From: a virus
Strand: one strand, 5' to 3'
IMG/VR virus record: IMGVR_UViG_3300045241_000217
Span: 32,001-96,000 of that record
Length of the DNA stretch: 64,000 nucleotides
Positions 10,014-18,331 of the stretch are shown here, in pieces (the first letter of the stretch is position 1; every line of letters begins with the position of its first letter). The position numbers and the translations under genes are program-made. Below the pieces are notes generated by a model. The model had not been told where the DNA came from, made no database searches, and saw only the letters and a program-made list of their open reading frames with translations.

Positions 10014-11060
10014 CTACGACTTCTTGGTCTTCGCGAGATCCGAGAGCGCATTGTCGAGCGAGGTCTTGGCCGTCGAGATCGCTTGCTGGAGCGTCTGGTA
10101 GTTGATCAGCGTGAGCGCCGGCTTTGGGAACGGCGCGGCGAGCATCACCGACTGGACGAGTCCGGAGAACGTGTCGATCGCATCGAGCACGGTCTTGAGC
10201 GCGCTCACCTGGTCGTCGCCGAGCGGGATGCGCTGGCCTGCGTTCTTGCCGAGGTCCACGCGGAGCTGGCTCCCTTCCTTGAACACCTGGACGACGTCCT
10301 CGTCGTTGCCCATCGCGATCGTGAGCCGCTGCGTGTCCTTCACGCGAACGCGCACCTGCCCGCTCGAGGCGCTCGCGTCCTCGGTCGCGATGTCGGAGTA
10401 CGCGCCCACCGTGTCGATCAGGAAGTCGCCCTGCTCGTTGATGCGCACCTCGCACCCGTAGTGGTGCGTGTAGAACTCGTCGCGCCGAGGGTTTCCGCGC
10501 GAGTCGTGCTCTCCCTCGCGCCAGCCATCACCCTCGCGAAGGACGCGGTTCGTTCGCTCATGCGAGAGCGCGCCGACGATGACCGGGAAGTTCGGGTTGG
10601 CCTCCATGAAGTCCACGGCCACCATGTCACCGTCCACGTCGCCGAGTGACGTGGACTGGTCGAGCACGGTGCCGCGGCGCGAGATCGTGCCGGTGAGGTT
10701 GAGCGGTGGCGCCTCCGGAGCTCCGCTGGGCGGTGGGTTGCCGCTGGAGGTCACGACGCGGGTGCTCGCGCGCGGCACCCACAGGTCGTGCACGTTGTTC
10801 ACGCCGTGCTGGCGTTGGAGCACGGGCACCGCGTGCAGCATGATCTGCGTGCGCACGAGCAGGACGTCGCACTCGACACACCGCCCGCGCAGGTTGCCGT
10901 CCTCGCCCACGACGCGGCTGTTCACGACCACGGCGCGGAACGGCGCCTCGGTGGGGTTCAGACGCGAGCGGCGCGAGCCACGCGGCCGCGCATCGATCCC
11001 GGACTGCACCACGACGCCCCCGCGCACGGCGGTGGGTCGGTATCGGTCCTGGTCGCTCAT
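10014..11060 (-). CDS. Baseplate central spike (gpV/gp45-like)
   Basis: OB-fold-like GD-x-V-x-V-x-F...P-x-IVG-x-L, then beta-repeat region; between hub and wedge. Confidence 0.7.
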   Translation of the reverse strand: MSDQDRYRPTAVRGGVVVQSGIDARPRGSRRSRLNPTEAPFRAVVVNSRVVGEDGNLRGRCVECDVLLVRTQIMLHAVPVLQRQHGVNNVHDLWVPRASTRVVTSSGNPPPSGAPEAPPLNLTGTISRRGTVLDQSTSLGDVDGDMVAVDFMEANPNFPVIVGALSHERTNRVLREGDGWREGEHDSRGNPRRDEFYTHHYGCEVRINEQGDFLIDTVGAYSDIATEDASASSGQVRVRVKDTQRLTIAMGNDEDVVQVFKEGSQLRVDLGKNAGQRIPLGDDQVSALKTVLDAIDTFSGLVQSVMLAAPFPKPALTLINYQTLQQAISTAKTSLDNALSDLAKTKKS

Positions 11061-13015
11061 GGTCCTGCTCCGGTGAGACCCTCGATCGGATCGGTGTCAT
11101 TCCCCTCGGGGATGTTGATGTCCTGGCCGCGATCGAGGCGACCTTGGTCGAGCATCGGAGCTCCGGGGTCGGTGCTCGTCGCGTTGCCGCTCGGGATCTG
11201 CGAGGAGTCGCCCACCGCCGGGTCCGTGTCGTCGAGCGTGGTCACGGGCGAGTCGGGATCCGGATTGAGCCCGTCGTCGTTCCCGTCGCGCTCCACCTCG
11301 AGCGTACCGCCGCCGGCCACCGTAAAGTCGGCGCCCTCGGTCTCGCCCAGTCGGTCCTGCCGGTGCGTGAAGCCCTCCACCTGCGCCTGCGTGGGAGCGC
11401 AGTACGCGCGTCCCGCCGCGAGGTTGCCGATCAGTTCGTCGGTCGCCGACTGCGTCTCGCCATCCGCAGACGTGCCGGTGATGCAGAGCTCGGCCGCCGT
11501 GCCTGCGCCGGGCCGGTCGTAGGTCGCGTACACCTGCGCGAGGAGGTCCTCGTCGTCGTACTCGCCGCGCGTGACGGTGAGCGTGGTCTTGCCCGAGCCT
11601 GGGAACGCGTACGCGTGGGCCACGTTCTCGACGTAGTAGGTGATGACGCCCTCGGCCCGCCGCTCCTTCACGCGCGAGCCGATGCGGATCTCGGGGAAGA
11701 TGCGGTTCGTTTCCAGCGTGCCGCTGAGCTGCATCGGCGCCGGCGCGTACCAGTCGTGCACCTTCTTGAGCCACGACGCGCAGAGGCGGACGAAGTTGTA
11801 GAGCTCGGTCGAGTCGGCGCTCGCGAGCGGGATGTAGCGCGTGTTGAGCAGGTAGCGACGCACGCCGTGCTTCGCGATCGAGTCGTTGTTCCAGATCGGG
11901 ATGTTGCCCGGGCGCCCGTACTCCACGCCGTCGATCCCCTGCTGGAGGATGTTCGCGACGCCGTAGCCATCGGCGCCCAGTCCCTCGGGCTGGAAGAGCC
12001 AGTAGTTGAAGCGCGTCGCGGCACCACCCTTCGCGATCGCGCGGTGGCGCACGTCTCCGATCTCGAGCGTGTGCGTGGGGAGCGAGTTCCACTTCGAGCG
12101 CGACGTCGAGCGCCGGTCGTCGCTGCGCGTCGGGAACGGTCGCTCGCGCAGGTACACCTTGGGCACCATGTCGCGCAGGACGTTCGCGCCGAGCGCGCGC
12201 GCGCTGAACGCCGTCTGCGGAGCGAGGTCTATCCAGAACTCGTTCATGACGCCGTTGCTGTACTCCTGGAGCGAGTCCCAGAGCTTGCCGCCCGTCTGAT
12301 CGACGGAGAAGAGTTGCGGCGCGAGCGTTCGGCCGTTGACCAGATCGGTCATGTTGTCGATGCCGCGCACTCGCCCGTCGGACCCGAGGAGCTCCTCGTA
12401 GAACGAGCCACCGCCTAGACCGGGCGGGAGCATCCACTGCGCGGCCGCCGCTCCACTGTTGCCAACCCACTCCTCGAGCAGGATGCGGACGAAGTGCGCC
12501 GGGGTGCCGTTGAGGTTGTCCACCCACGCGCGCGTGAGCGCCGACTGCGAGCGCATGCCGTCGTTCGGCTGCCCAAGCAGGTTCACCCACAGTTCGGTCG
12601 TCTCGAGGATCTTGCCGACGTCGCGACCGGTGATCGTGTAGACCTCGACGCGCTTGCCCATCTCGACGCGCTCGGTCGCCTCACTGATCGAATCGATCAT
12701 CCCGCGCACGGTGTCGATCACCTGACCGTCCACCTGCACTTTGATCTTCACCCACACGTCCTCGGGGTCGGACCACAGATCACGGAGCGCGCTGCGAGCA
12801 GCGAGCGTCGGCGTCTTCTTGAACGTCAGCGACCACGTGCCAGACGCGGACCCGAAGCCCTTGTTGCTCGAGAATCCGACCACGGTGCCGAAGTCGCGGT
12901 GACTCTGGACGGGATCGGTGATCGAGAGGCCGTTGCGCGCGTCGGTGAAGAACGCGACGAGGACACGCGTGTGCGTGCTCGCCTCGTACGTGACGCGCGT
13001 TGCCTCGTGCGCCAT
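11057..13015 (-). CDS. Baseplate hub protein
   Basis: Follows TMP; GMIDSI...TITGRDVGK, NEFWIDL, LRERPF and IRIG...YYVENV-x-H...TTLTVTRG hub motifs; acidic tail. Confidence 0.75.
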   Translation of the reverse strand: MAHEATRVTYEASTHTRVLVAFFTDARNGLSITDPVQSHRDFGTVVGFSSNKGFGSASGTWSLTFKKTPTLAARSALRDLWSDPEDVWVKIKVQVDGQVIDTVRGMIDSISEATERVEMGKRVEVYTITGRDVGKILETTELWVNLLGQPNDGMRSQSALTRAWVDNLNGTPAHFVRILLEEWVGNSGAAAAQWMLPPGLGGGSFYEELLGSDGRVRGIDNMTDLVNGRTLAPQLFSVDQTGGKLWDSLQEYSNGVMNEFWIDLAPQTAFSARALGANVLRDMVPKVYLRERPFPTRSDDRRSTSRSKWNSLPTHTLEIGDVRHRAIAKGGAATRFNYWLFQPEGLGADGYGVANILQQGIDGVEYGRPGNIPIWNNDSIAKHGVRRYLLNTRYIPLASADSTELYNFVRLCASWLKKVHDWYAPAPMQLSGTLETNRIFPEIRIGSRVKERRAEGVITYYVENVAHAYAFPGSGKTTLTVTRGEYDDEDLLAQVYATYDRPGAGTAAELCITGTSADGETQSATDELIGNLAAGRAYCAPTQAQVEGFTHRQDRLGETEGADFTVAGGGTLEVERDGNDDGLNPDPDSPVTTLDDTDPAVGDSSQIPSGNATSTDPGAPMLDQGRLDRGQDINIPEGNDTDPIEGLTGAGP

Positions 13016-13020
13016 CGCTG

Positions 13021-14922
13021 TCAGCCGGTCGCCACGCCACCGTCAGCGGCCTCGCCCAGCCGGCCAGCCGCGTCGGCCGCCTGGTGGAGCAGCCGCTGGA
13101 GATCGAGCGCCGCATGCGGGCCGCTCTCGTAGTGCTGCGACGGCGCGTCACCGCTTCGGCGAGCGGCCGCACGGTCCGCTGGCGAGAGCACCGACGTCGG
13201 CGTCTGTCCCTCGCGCGTGCCGTCGGGGAGGCGAGCGCCGAACATCGCGTCAGCCGCCTCATCGGCTGCCGATCGCATGGTGTCGATCGGATGCGCCAAC
13301 GTGCTCAATGGCGTCGCGCCTCCGCCGCCCGCTCCACCGCCCGGGGGCGTGATGCCGAGGAACTGGAACACGCCGTTCATGAGCGTCCCGAGGTTCTCGA
13401 CGAGGTAGGCCGCGACGCGTTCGATCTGCGGGAGCAGAGCGGCCACCTGGTCCATCTCGGTGTTCCGGATCGACTGGTAGCTGCTCGCGAGGCTCTGGCC
13501 CACGCCCGCGCTGCGGTTGCGGTACGCAGCCTCGGCCGAGCCCACTGACGCTGCGCCGCGTGCGCCACGCCCGCGCCTGCTCAGGAAGTCGGAGCCCTCC
13601 TGCGTTCCCACGCCCCCGTGCAACTGCGACGCGTCGCCGCCCTCCAGCGCATCGATGTCGGTCTCGGTCAGTTGCTGGCCGGTGAGTTCGGGCCCGAGCG
13701 ATCGGATGAGCTGTCGGATGGACTCGCGGTTGCCGCCGCCCGCGGTGCGCAGTTGCCGCACGGCGTTCTCCATCACCTGGTCGGGTGTCTCTTGCAGACG
13801 GCGCATCGCGTCCGAGTACGTGACGCCCCGCTGCCCGTAGCCAGCGGCTTGGAGCGCGACGATCGACGAGACGTTCCCGCTCGGCCGGAAGTGCCTGAGG
13901 TTCGACGTCGCGGAGCCCGCGAGGCTCATCGCGCGCTCGCCGCCGAGACCCATGCGCCCGAGCCCCTGCACGAGCTGCTCGATCGACTCCGCCGAGAGAT
14001 CGGCGCCCTCCATGCGCGCGCTGTCGAGCGAGGAACTCAGGGCCTCCACGTACTCTGGGAGGCGAGCCTCTCGCACGCCGGCCACCATGCCGGCGGTGAT
14101 GGCATGCTGGATCAGCCGCGTCGGATTGTCGGCGTGTCCGCCGGACGTTGTCTGCGCGCGCAGGAGCCCCGCTCCGTTGATGCCCGCGCCGAACTGCGCT
14201 TCGAGCAGCGTCCCCTGCGTGCGCGGATCGAGCTCTTCACCCGTCATACCCGCACCCTGCGCGAAGGCACCGTACTGCGTGGCAGCCTGCCCAGCGTCGA
14301 GCCCGTAGCGTCCGTACCGACCGCTCGTGCGACCACCGCTGCCCAACGCGCCGTACGCGGCCGCACGAGCCTGCTCCTGCGCGACGTACTGCTGATAGTG
14401 CTGCCCGGCCGCGCCCATCGCCCCGCCGAGCACGCCGCCTACGACGGGGATGGAGCTCACCGCCGACTGATAGAACCCGCCCTGGCCTAGCTGGCTGAAG
14501 AGCCCGCCCGCCGTGCTGCCGAGCCGCGAGGCCATCGGGTTCCCGCCGCCACCGCCAGCGGGACCGCCGCCGCGGTTGCCGAGCAGCCGGGTCAGATCCC
14601 GGACGGCCGCAGCCATGTCATTGGCGCCCCCGAACGGTGGCCCGCCGCCTCCGCCACGCGGCCCACCCTGTGGCTGGTTGCTGGGCGGGAAGAACGAGCC
14701 TCCGAAGTGCCCGCCGCCTCCACCGCGCCCGCCCATCGTCTGCTCGAGCCGGCCCGCCGCCTTGGTCAGCGCCTCGATGTGGCGAGCGCTGCGTTCGAGC
14801 GAGCGCTCGAACGCCTGGAGCATCTTCTCGTCGAACGCGCGGTGCAAAGTCGCGTCGAGGCCCTTCAGCGCGCGGTCGTCCACGCTGTACTGAAGGGTCG
14901 TCTTGATCTTCTGATCCGTCAT
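13021..14922 (-). CDS. Tape measure protein
   Basis: Ala/Gly-rich helical 633 aa between chaperones and hub. Confidence 0.75.
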   Translation of the reverse strand: MTDQKIKTTLQYSVDDRALKGLDATLHRAFDEKMLQAFERSLERSARHIEALTKAAGRLEQTMGGRGGGGGHFGGSFFPPSNQPQGGPRGGGGGPPFGGANDMAAAVRDLTRLLGNRGGGPAGGGGGNPMASRLGSTAGGLFSQLGQGGFYQSAVSSIPVVGGVLGGAMGAAGQHYQQYVAQEQARAAAYGALGSGGRTSGRYGRYGLDAGQAATQYGAFAQGAGMTGEELDPRTQGTLLEAQFGAGINGAGLLRAQTTSGGHADNPTRLIQHAITAGMVAGVREARLPEYVEALSSSLDSARMEGADLSAESIEQLVQGLGRMGLGGERAMSLAGSATSNLRHFRPSGNVSSIVALQAAGYGQRGVTYSDAMRRLQETPDQVMENAVRQLRTAGGGNRESIRQLIRSLGPELTGQQLTETDIDALEGGDASQLHGGVGTQEGSDFLSRRGRGARGAASVGSAEAAYRNRSAGVGQSLASSYQSIRNTEMDQVAALLPQIERVAAYLVENLGTLMNGVFQFLGITPPGGGAGGGGATPLSTLAHPIDTMRSAADEAADAMFGARLPDGTREGQTPTSVLSPADRAAARRSGDAPSQHYESGPHAALDLQRLLHQAADAAGRLGEAADGGVATG

Positions 14923-15107
14923 CGCGCTCAGAGCGTAGCGCGTTCCTTGCCCGCGCCGTTGCTCGTGCTACCTGTCGATCGTCTGTCCCGCCCCAAGGGG
15001 TTCTACACGGTGCTCCTACACCCGATCGATCCGATGCGCGCATGCCTACGACCCCAAGGTCGCGGGACAGACCTTGCTCGCGTCGGATCGATCAGTTGGA
15101 GGCGCCC

Positions 15108-15734
15108 ATGTTGCGCATCGAAGTCGAGATCGAAGGCCGTACCCCGCTGCTGATGAATCGCATGTCGCCCGAGGCCCTGGAGGGCCTGCGGACGAAAGCG
15201 AAGGCCCCGAAGTCCAAGACCCAAGCGTCGCAGACACCCCGCGAGCAAGCTGAGGCTCACGTCTACAAGCGCACGGACGGCGCGCCGTACTTGCCGGTAG
15301 AGAATCTGCTCTCGTGCCTGATCGCAGCGGGCGTGTTCATCCGACTCGACGGCAAGCGTCAGATGAGCACAGGCAAGAGCACGACAGTGCCTGGACTGTT
15401 CGAGATCGAGGAATCGTGGCTCCCGCTCGTCACGCCATCGGAGAACGGTGCGCGCCCACCGCTCACGTGGGATCCCGACATTCGCCAGGGCCGCAATCCG
15501 AACGGCGGGGAGGCGGTGTGCATCGTGCGGCCGCGCTTCGATCGTTGGGCAGCCTCGCTCACGATCTGCATCGACACCGAGCAGATCGACGAGGCGAAGA
15601 TTCGCGATCTCTTCGACATCGCCGGCAAGCGCATCGGGCTCGGTGACTTCCGCCCGTCGCGCAAGGGTATCTTCGGCAAGTTCAACGTGGCCCGCTGGGA
15701 ACGCCTCGACGCGATCTCTCAAGCCGCGGAGTAG
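15108..15734 (+). CDS. Stand-alone Cas7/RAMP-like RNA-binding protein (candidate effector of the adjacent periodic RNA array)
   Basis: GGAGG SD; RAMP-like N-terminal IEIEG-x-TPLLM strand, YLP-x-ENL-x-x-CL helix, RPRF-x-x-W, and Gly-rich loop G-x-x-IGLGDFRP-x-x-x-G-x-FGKF. Confidence 0.8.
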   Translation: MLRIEVEIEGRTPLLMNRMSPEALEGLRTKAKAPKSKTQASQTPREQAEAHVYKRTDGAPYLPVENLLSCLIAAGVFIRLDGKRQMSTGKSTTVPGLFEIEESWLPLVTPSENGARPPLTWDPDIRQGRNPNGGEAVCIVRPRFDRWAASLTICIDTEQIDEAKIRDLFDIAGKRIGLGDFRPSRKGIFGKFNVARWERLDAISQAAE

Positions 15735-15744
15735 TTTACTCCCG

Positions 15745-15870
15745 GGCTGTGAATGGCTCGGCAGCGCAGCGTTCTGCTCTGTACCGCTTGCCTACGCTCG
15801 GCAGGGTTTCGTGTGGCCTGCGCCGCGGCGCTCCGCATGGTCTGGTGCGGCACTGCAACGCAACGCAAGG
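15745..15870 (+). ncRNA. Periodic tract 1: 25 x (NGY-NN) ending CAAGG
   Basis: 23/25 triplets are NGY; one 1-nt register slip at 15818. Confidence 0.8.
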
Positions 15871-15938
15871 GCCCCGTGATGGGGATGGTTCGCTCCGAGC
15901 ATTGGGCTCGTTGCCGGTTTCGAGGACCGGACGGGGCA
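15871..15938 (+). ncRNA. tRNA-like spacer 1
   Basis: 7-bp GCCCCGT/ACGGGGC stem stacked on CCGGT-TTCGAGG-ACCGG T-arm; degenerate D and anticodon arms. Confidence 0.65.
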
Positions 15939-15950
15939 TCACGGAAGGAG

Positions 15951-16077
15951 TGTGGTGCGAGGTAGCGCGGTGTTCCGCAGCGCAGCGCCGGGTCGGGCGG
16001 GGTCGCGCACCGCTAGGTTCTGTAGCGCTCTGCGACGTGTCGCGGGGTAAGGCGACCCATCGCTCTGCTCTCCAAGG
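15951..16077 (+). ncRNA. Periodic tract 2: 25 x (NGY-NN) ending CAAGG
   Basis: 23/25 triplets NGY in unbroken 5-nt register. Confidence 0.85.
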
Positions 16078-16094
16078 AGCCCTGGTGGCTGGTG

Positions 16095-16140
16095 GCTACG
16101 AGAGTCGGTCTCTCGGCGGGTTCGATGCCCGCTCGTAGCG
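16095..16140 (+). ncRNA. tRNA-like spacer 2 (acceptor stem + T-arm)
   Basis: GCTACGA/TCGTAGC 7-bp stem adjoining GCGGG-TTCGATG-CCCGC. Confidence 0.7.
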
Positions 16141-16143
16141 TCT

Positions 16144-16225
16144 CGCGAGGTCGTGCTGGGCGAGGCGCGGCACTGGGCTGTGCGGTGACGTTCAGCGGTG
16201 CGCGGTACGGTGATGCAATCCAAGG
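16144..16225 (+). ncRNA. Periodic tract 3: 16 x (NGY-NN) ending CAAGG
   Basis: 14/16 triplets NGY; followed by a small GGCC-CTGC-GGCC hairpin. Confidence 0.8.
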
Positions 16226-16241
16226 GGCCCTGCGGCCAACA

Positions 16242-16703
16242 TCACCGATCGCCACGCGGGAGGGATCCGAGCAGAGCGCCGACGCGCTCTGCGCCAGGGC
16301 GAGGCGCTTCTTCCGGCTCGTCCTCGTCGGTCATCGCGAAACGAAGAGGCGGCTTGCTGGGATCGGTCTCGGAAAGCTCGAGGGCGTCCCACTCGGCGTC
16401 GCCCGTGAGGTGCGGTGCGTCGGCGAAGGCTCGCCCCTCCTCCGTGTTGTTCACGCGGAAGCGCCCACCCGACACCGGAGCCGGGAGCGTCTCTCCATCC
16501 ATCGTCACCTGCGCCGGTGCCTCGCGAACATCTCGACGAGGCGTCTGCTGCGGTCGGTTCTTGGACCGCACGCGCTCTAGGGCGTCGAGCCCGTAGACCT
16601 GCTCAAGCGCCTCCCTCATCGTCACCTGCGAGAGTCTCTCGTCGCTTGGAGGGAGGCGGAACCTTTCGGCCCACAGGAGCTTCACCACCTCCAGCGGGGG
16701 CAT
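16242..16703 (-). CDS. Tail assembly chaperone, second (GT-like) ORF, possibly made by frameshift
   Basis: W-x-x-x-F-x-LPPSD-x-R-L motif; overlaps the upstream chaperone in another frame; precedes TMP. Confidence 0.6.
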   Translation of the reverse strand: MPPLEVVKLLWAERFRLPPSDERLSQVTMREALEQVYGLDALERVRSKNRPQQTPRRDVREAPAQVTMDGETLPAPVSGGRFRVNNTEEGRAFADAPHLTGDAEWDALELSETDPSKPPLRFAMTDEDEPEEAPRPGAERVGALLGSLPRGDR

Positions 16704-17157
16704 CGTCCGTTCCTCGAACGCCTTCGCCAGCATCTCCGGTGAGCGCGTCCCCGAAACGAAATCGAGCCTCGTGTTCACGGCACCTCCCGAACAACGAGAA
16801 GTAGGGCGTCATGTCGTACGAATGTTCTCCGTCCGGCGCATACCAGTCGGGCCTCGGGAACTCCTTGGAGAAGCGAATGGCCACGCTGAGGTACGTGAGC
16901 GCCTCGACCTTCCGCCCGCCCAACTGATCGAACGAGGCGCCGTCGGGGAGGATGTTGGCGCGGAGTTGTGTGATGCGCGTCTCTTCCGCGATGCTCGGGA
17001 CCTTGTAGTGGAAGCGGCCCACGTACTTGCGGCCGCGCTCTCCCACGACGTCGAGATCGATCATCTTGATCGGCGACACGTCCTCGTCCGCGTCCGTCTT
17101 TTTCTTCTCGCCCCGCGCTTGGAGCTCGCGCTCCGCATCTTCGATGGTGCTCGCCAT
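16603..17157 (-). CDS. Tail assembly chaperone (G-like)
   Basis: Between tube and TMP; G-x-F-x-x-K-x-PS...P-x-W pattern; GGAG SD. Confidence 0.65.
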   Translation of the reverse strand: MASTIEDAERELQARGEKKKTDADEDVSPIKMIDLDVVGERGRKYVGRFHYKVPSIAEETRITQLRANILPDGASFDQLGGRKVEALTYLSVAIRFSKEFPRPDWYAPDGEHSYDMTPYFSLFGRCREHEARFRFGDALTGDAGEGVRGTDDAPAGGGEAPVGRKVPPPSKRRETLAGDDEGGA

Positions 17158-17266
17158 GCTCGTCTCCCTGTCAGCCCCGTGCCGACGTCAAGGCGTACCA
17201 CGTACTGGCGCCGAGAGCCGAGCGCGCTAAACCATCGACGCGCGCACGAGCGTGCAGGAGGAACGA

Positions 17267-17584
17267 GTGAACGATCTAGAGCGTGTCGCCCGCACGATCG
17301 CCGGGCTCTACAACAACGCGCGGGGCCCTGGCGTCTTCGGTCTCTTCGACACGAAGAAGATGTCGAGCGGTGAGGCGGTGTCGCTCGCGCGCAAGGCGAT
17401 GGCCTCGTCGAACGGGATCTACTTCGACTATCACAACGCGCGCGTGATGAAGGTTCGGGTCCGCGCCGACGGATCCGGGGAGGACGGCGATCTCTACGAT
17501 CGCGACAACGGCCACGGGGCCTACCGTCGCGCGATCGAGCAAGGCCTCGCCGATGCGGCGTACGACTTCACGGGCATCACGTGA
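17267..17584 (+). CDS. Hypothetical phage protein
   Basis: AGGAGG SD before GTG; first gene of a GTGA/ATGA-coupled plus-strand cassette. Confidence 0.7.
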   Translation: MNDLERVARTIAGLYNNARGPGVFGLFDTKKMSSGEAVSLARKAMASSNGIYFDYHNARVMKVRVRADGSGEDGDLYDRDNGHGAYRRAIEQGLADAAYDFTGIT

Positions 17585-17787
17585 GCACCTGGAACGAGCC
17601 GCTCGACGAGCCACCGGAGCCCGACGCGTGGTCGGCGCACTCCGAATCGCAGTCGAACGCGTACGCCGCGACGCACCGCCGCACGCAGTGGGGGTGGCAC
17701 GGCGGAGTGACGCAAGGATGGGGGCGGCGCGCGGCGCGAGCGGGAGGCTTCAAGCGCAAGGCGCGTCGCCGCTTGGTGTCGCGGTGA
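17581..17787 (+). CDS. Hypothetical basic protein
   Basis: GTGA coupling at both ends. Confidence 0.55.
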   Translation: MSTWNEPLDEPPEPDAWSAHSESQSNAYAATHRRTQWGWHGGVTQGWGRRAARAGGFKRKARRRLVSR

Positions 17788-18020
17788 GCCTCGTGCATTA
17801 CGCCCCTGCCGTCTCGCACGGCCAACTCCGCGATGGTCGCCACGTCGTTGTGGCGGTCACCCGATGCCGTCTCGTGGACGCTGCCCACGAGCACTTCAAC
17901 CGCGAGGAGCCCTCGCGCGCGACGTGCGCCGAGTGTCGGCACCACGACGGCTCGCTCGATCCGAACCTGTGGCGCGTGCACGTGACGATCGAGGGGATGC
18001 CCATGGGAGGTGGACGATGA
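17784..18020 (+). CDS. Hypothetical protein (CxxC)
   Basis: GTGA/ATGA coupling. Confidence 0.5.
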   Translation: MSLVHYAPAVSHGQLRDGRHVVVAVTRCRLVDAAHEHFNREEPSRATCAECRHHDGSLDPNLWRVHVTIEGMPMGGGR

Positions 18021-18331
18021 AGGACGACGAGAAGAGCGGGCAGACCGCGATGGACTTCGACGGCGGAACGATCGAGCCCGCGCTCGACGCACCACGCTTG
18101 GGCGCGCTGCTCACTGCGGTGCGGGACCTCATGCACGACGGGCGGTGGCGCACGTTCGCCGAGATCCAGTCCTCGATCGGGATGGGCAGCGAGGGTGGGA
18201 TCAGCGCGCGGCTGCGCGACCTGCGCAAGGAGCGATTCGGGAGCCACACGGTCGAGCGCCGACGTCGGGGCGTGCCGAGCGACGGTCTCTTCGAGTACCG
18301 GCTCAAGCCGCTTCCCGAGACAGCGGGGTGA
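18017..18331 (+). CDS. Putative winged-HTH DNA-binding protein
   Basis: GGAGG SD; DGRWRT-x-AEI...SE-x-x-ISARLRDLRK...EYRL. Confidence 0.65.
   Translation: MKDDEKSGQTAMDFDGGTIEPALDAPRLGALLTAVRDLMHDGRWRTFAEIQSSIGMGSEGGISARLRDLRKERFGSHTVERRRRGVPSDGLFEYRLKPLPETAG

Noticed and set aside
14941-15000. A fourth periodic tract upstream of the Cas7-like gene ending in CCAAGG
   Set aside because: The NGY register is not maintained when parsed back from CAAGG
15871-16140. Functional tRNA genes
   Set aside because: No canonical 7-nt anticodon loop and no CCA; the D/anticodon arms are degenerate or missing. Kept only as tRNA-like elements.
15745-16225. CRISPR array, microsatellite, or protein-coding ORFs (15749-16138, 15753-15965, 16092-16580)
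   Set aside because: There are no 25-45-nt direct repeats with spacers, and the units are not identical as in a microsatellite. The 5-nt period conflicts with codon structure, and the ORFs lack SDs and have low-complexity translations.
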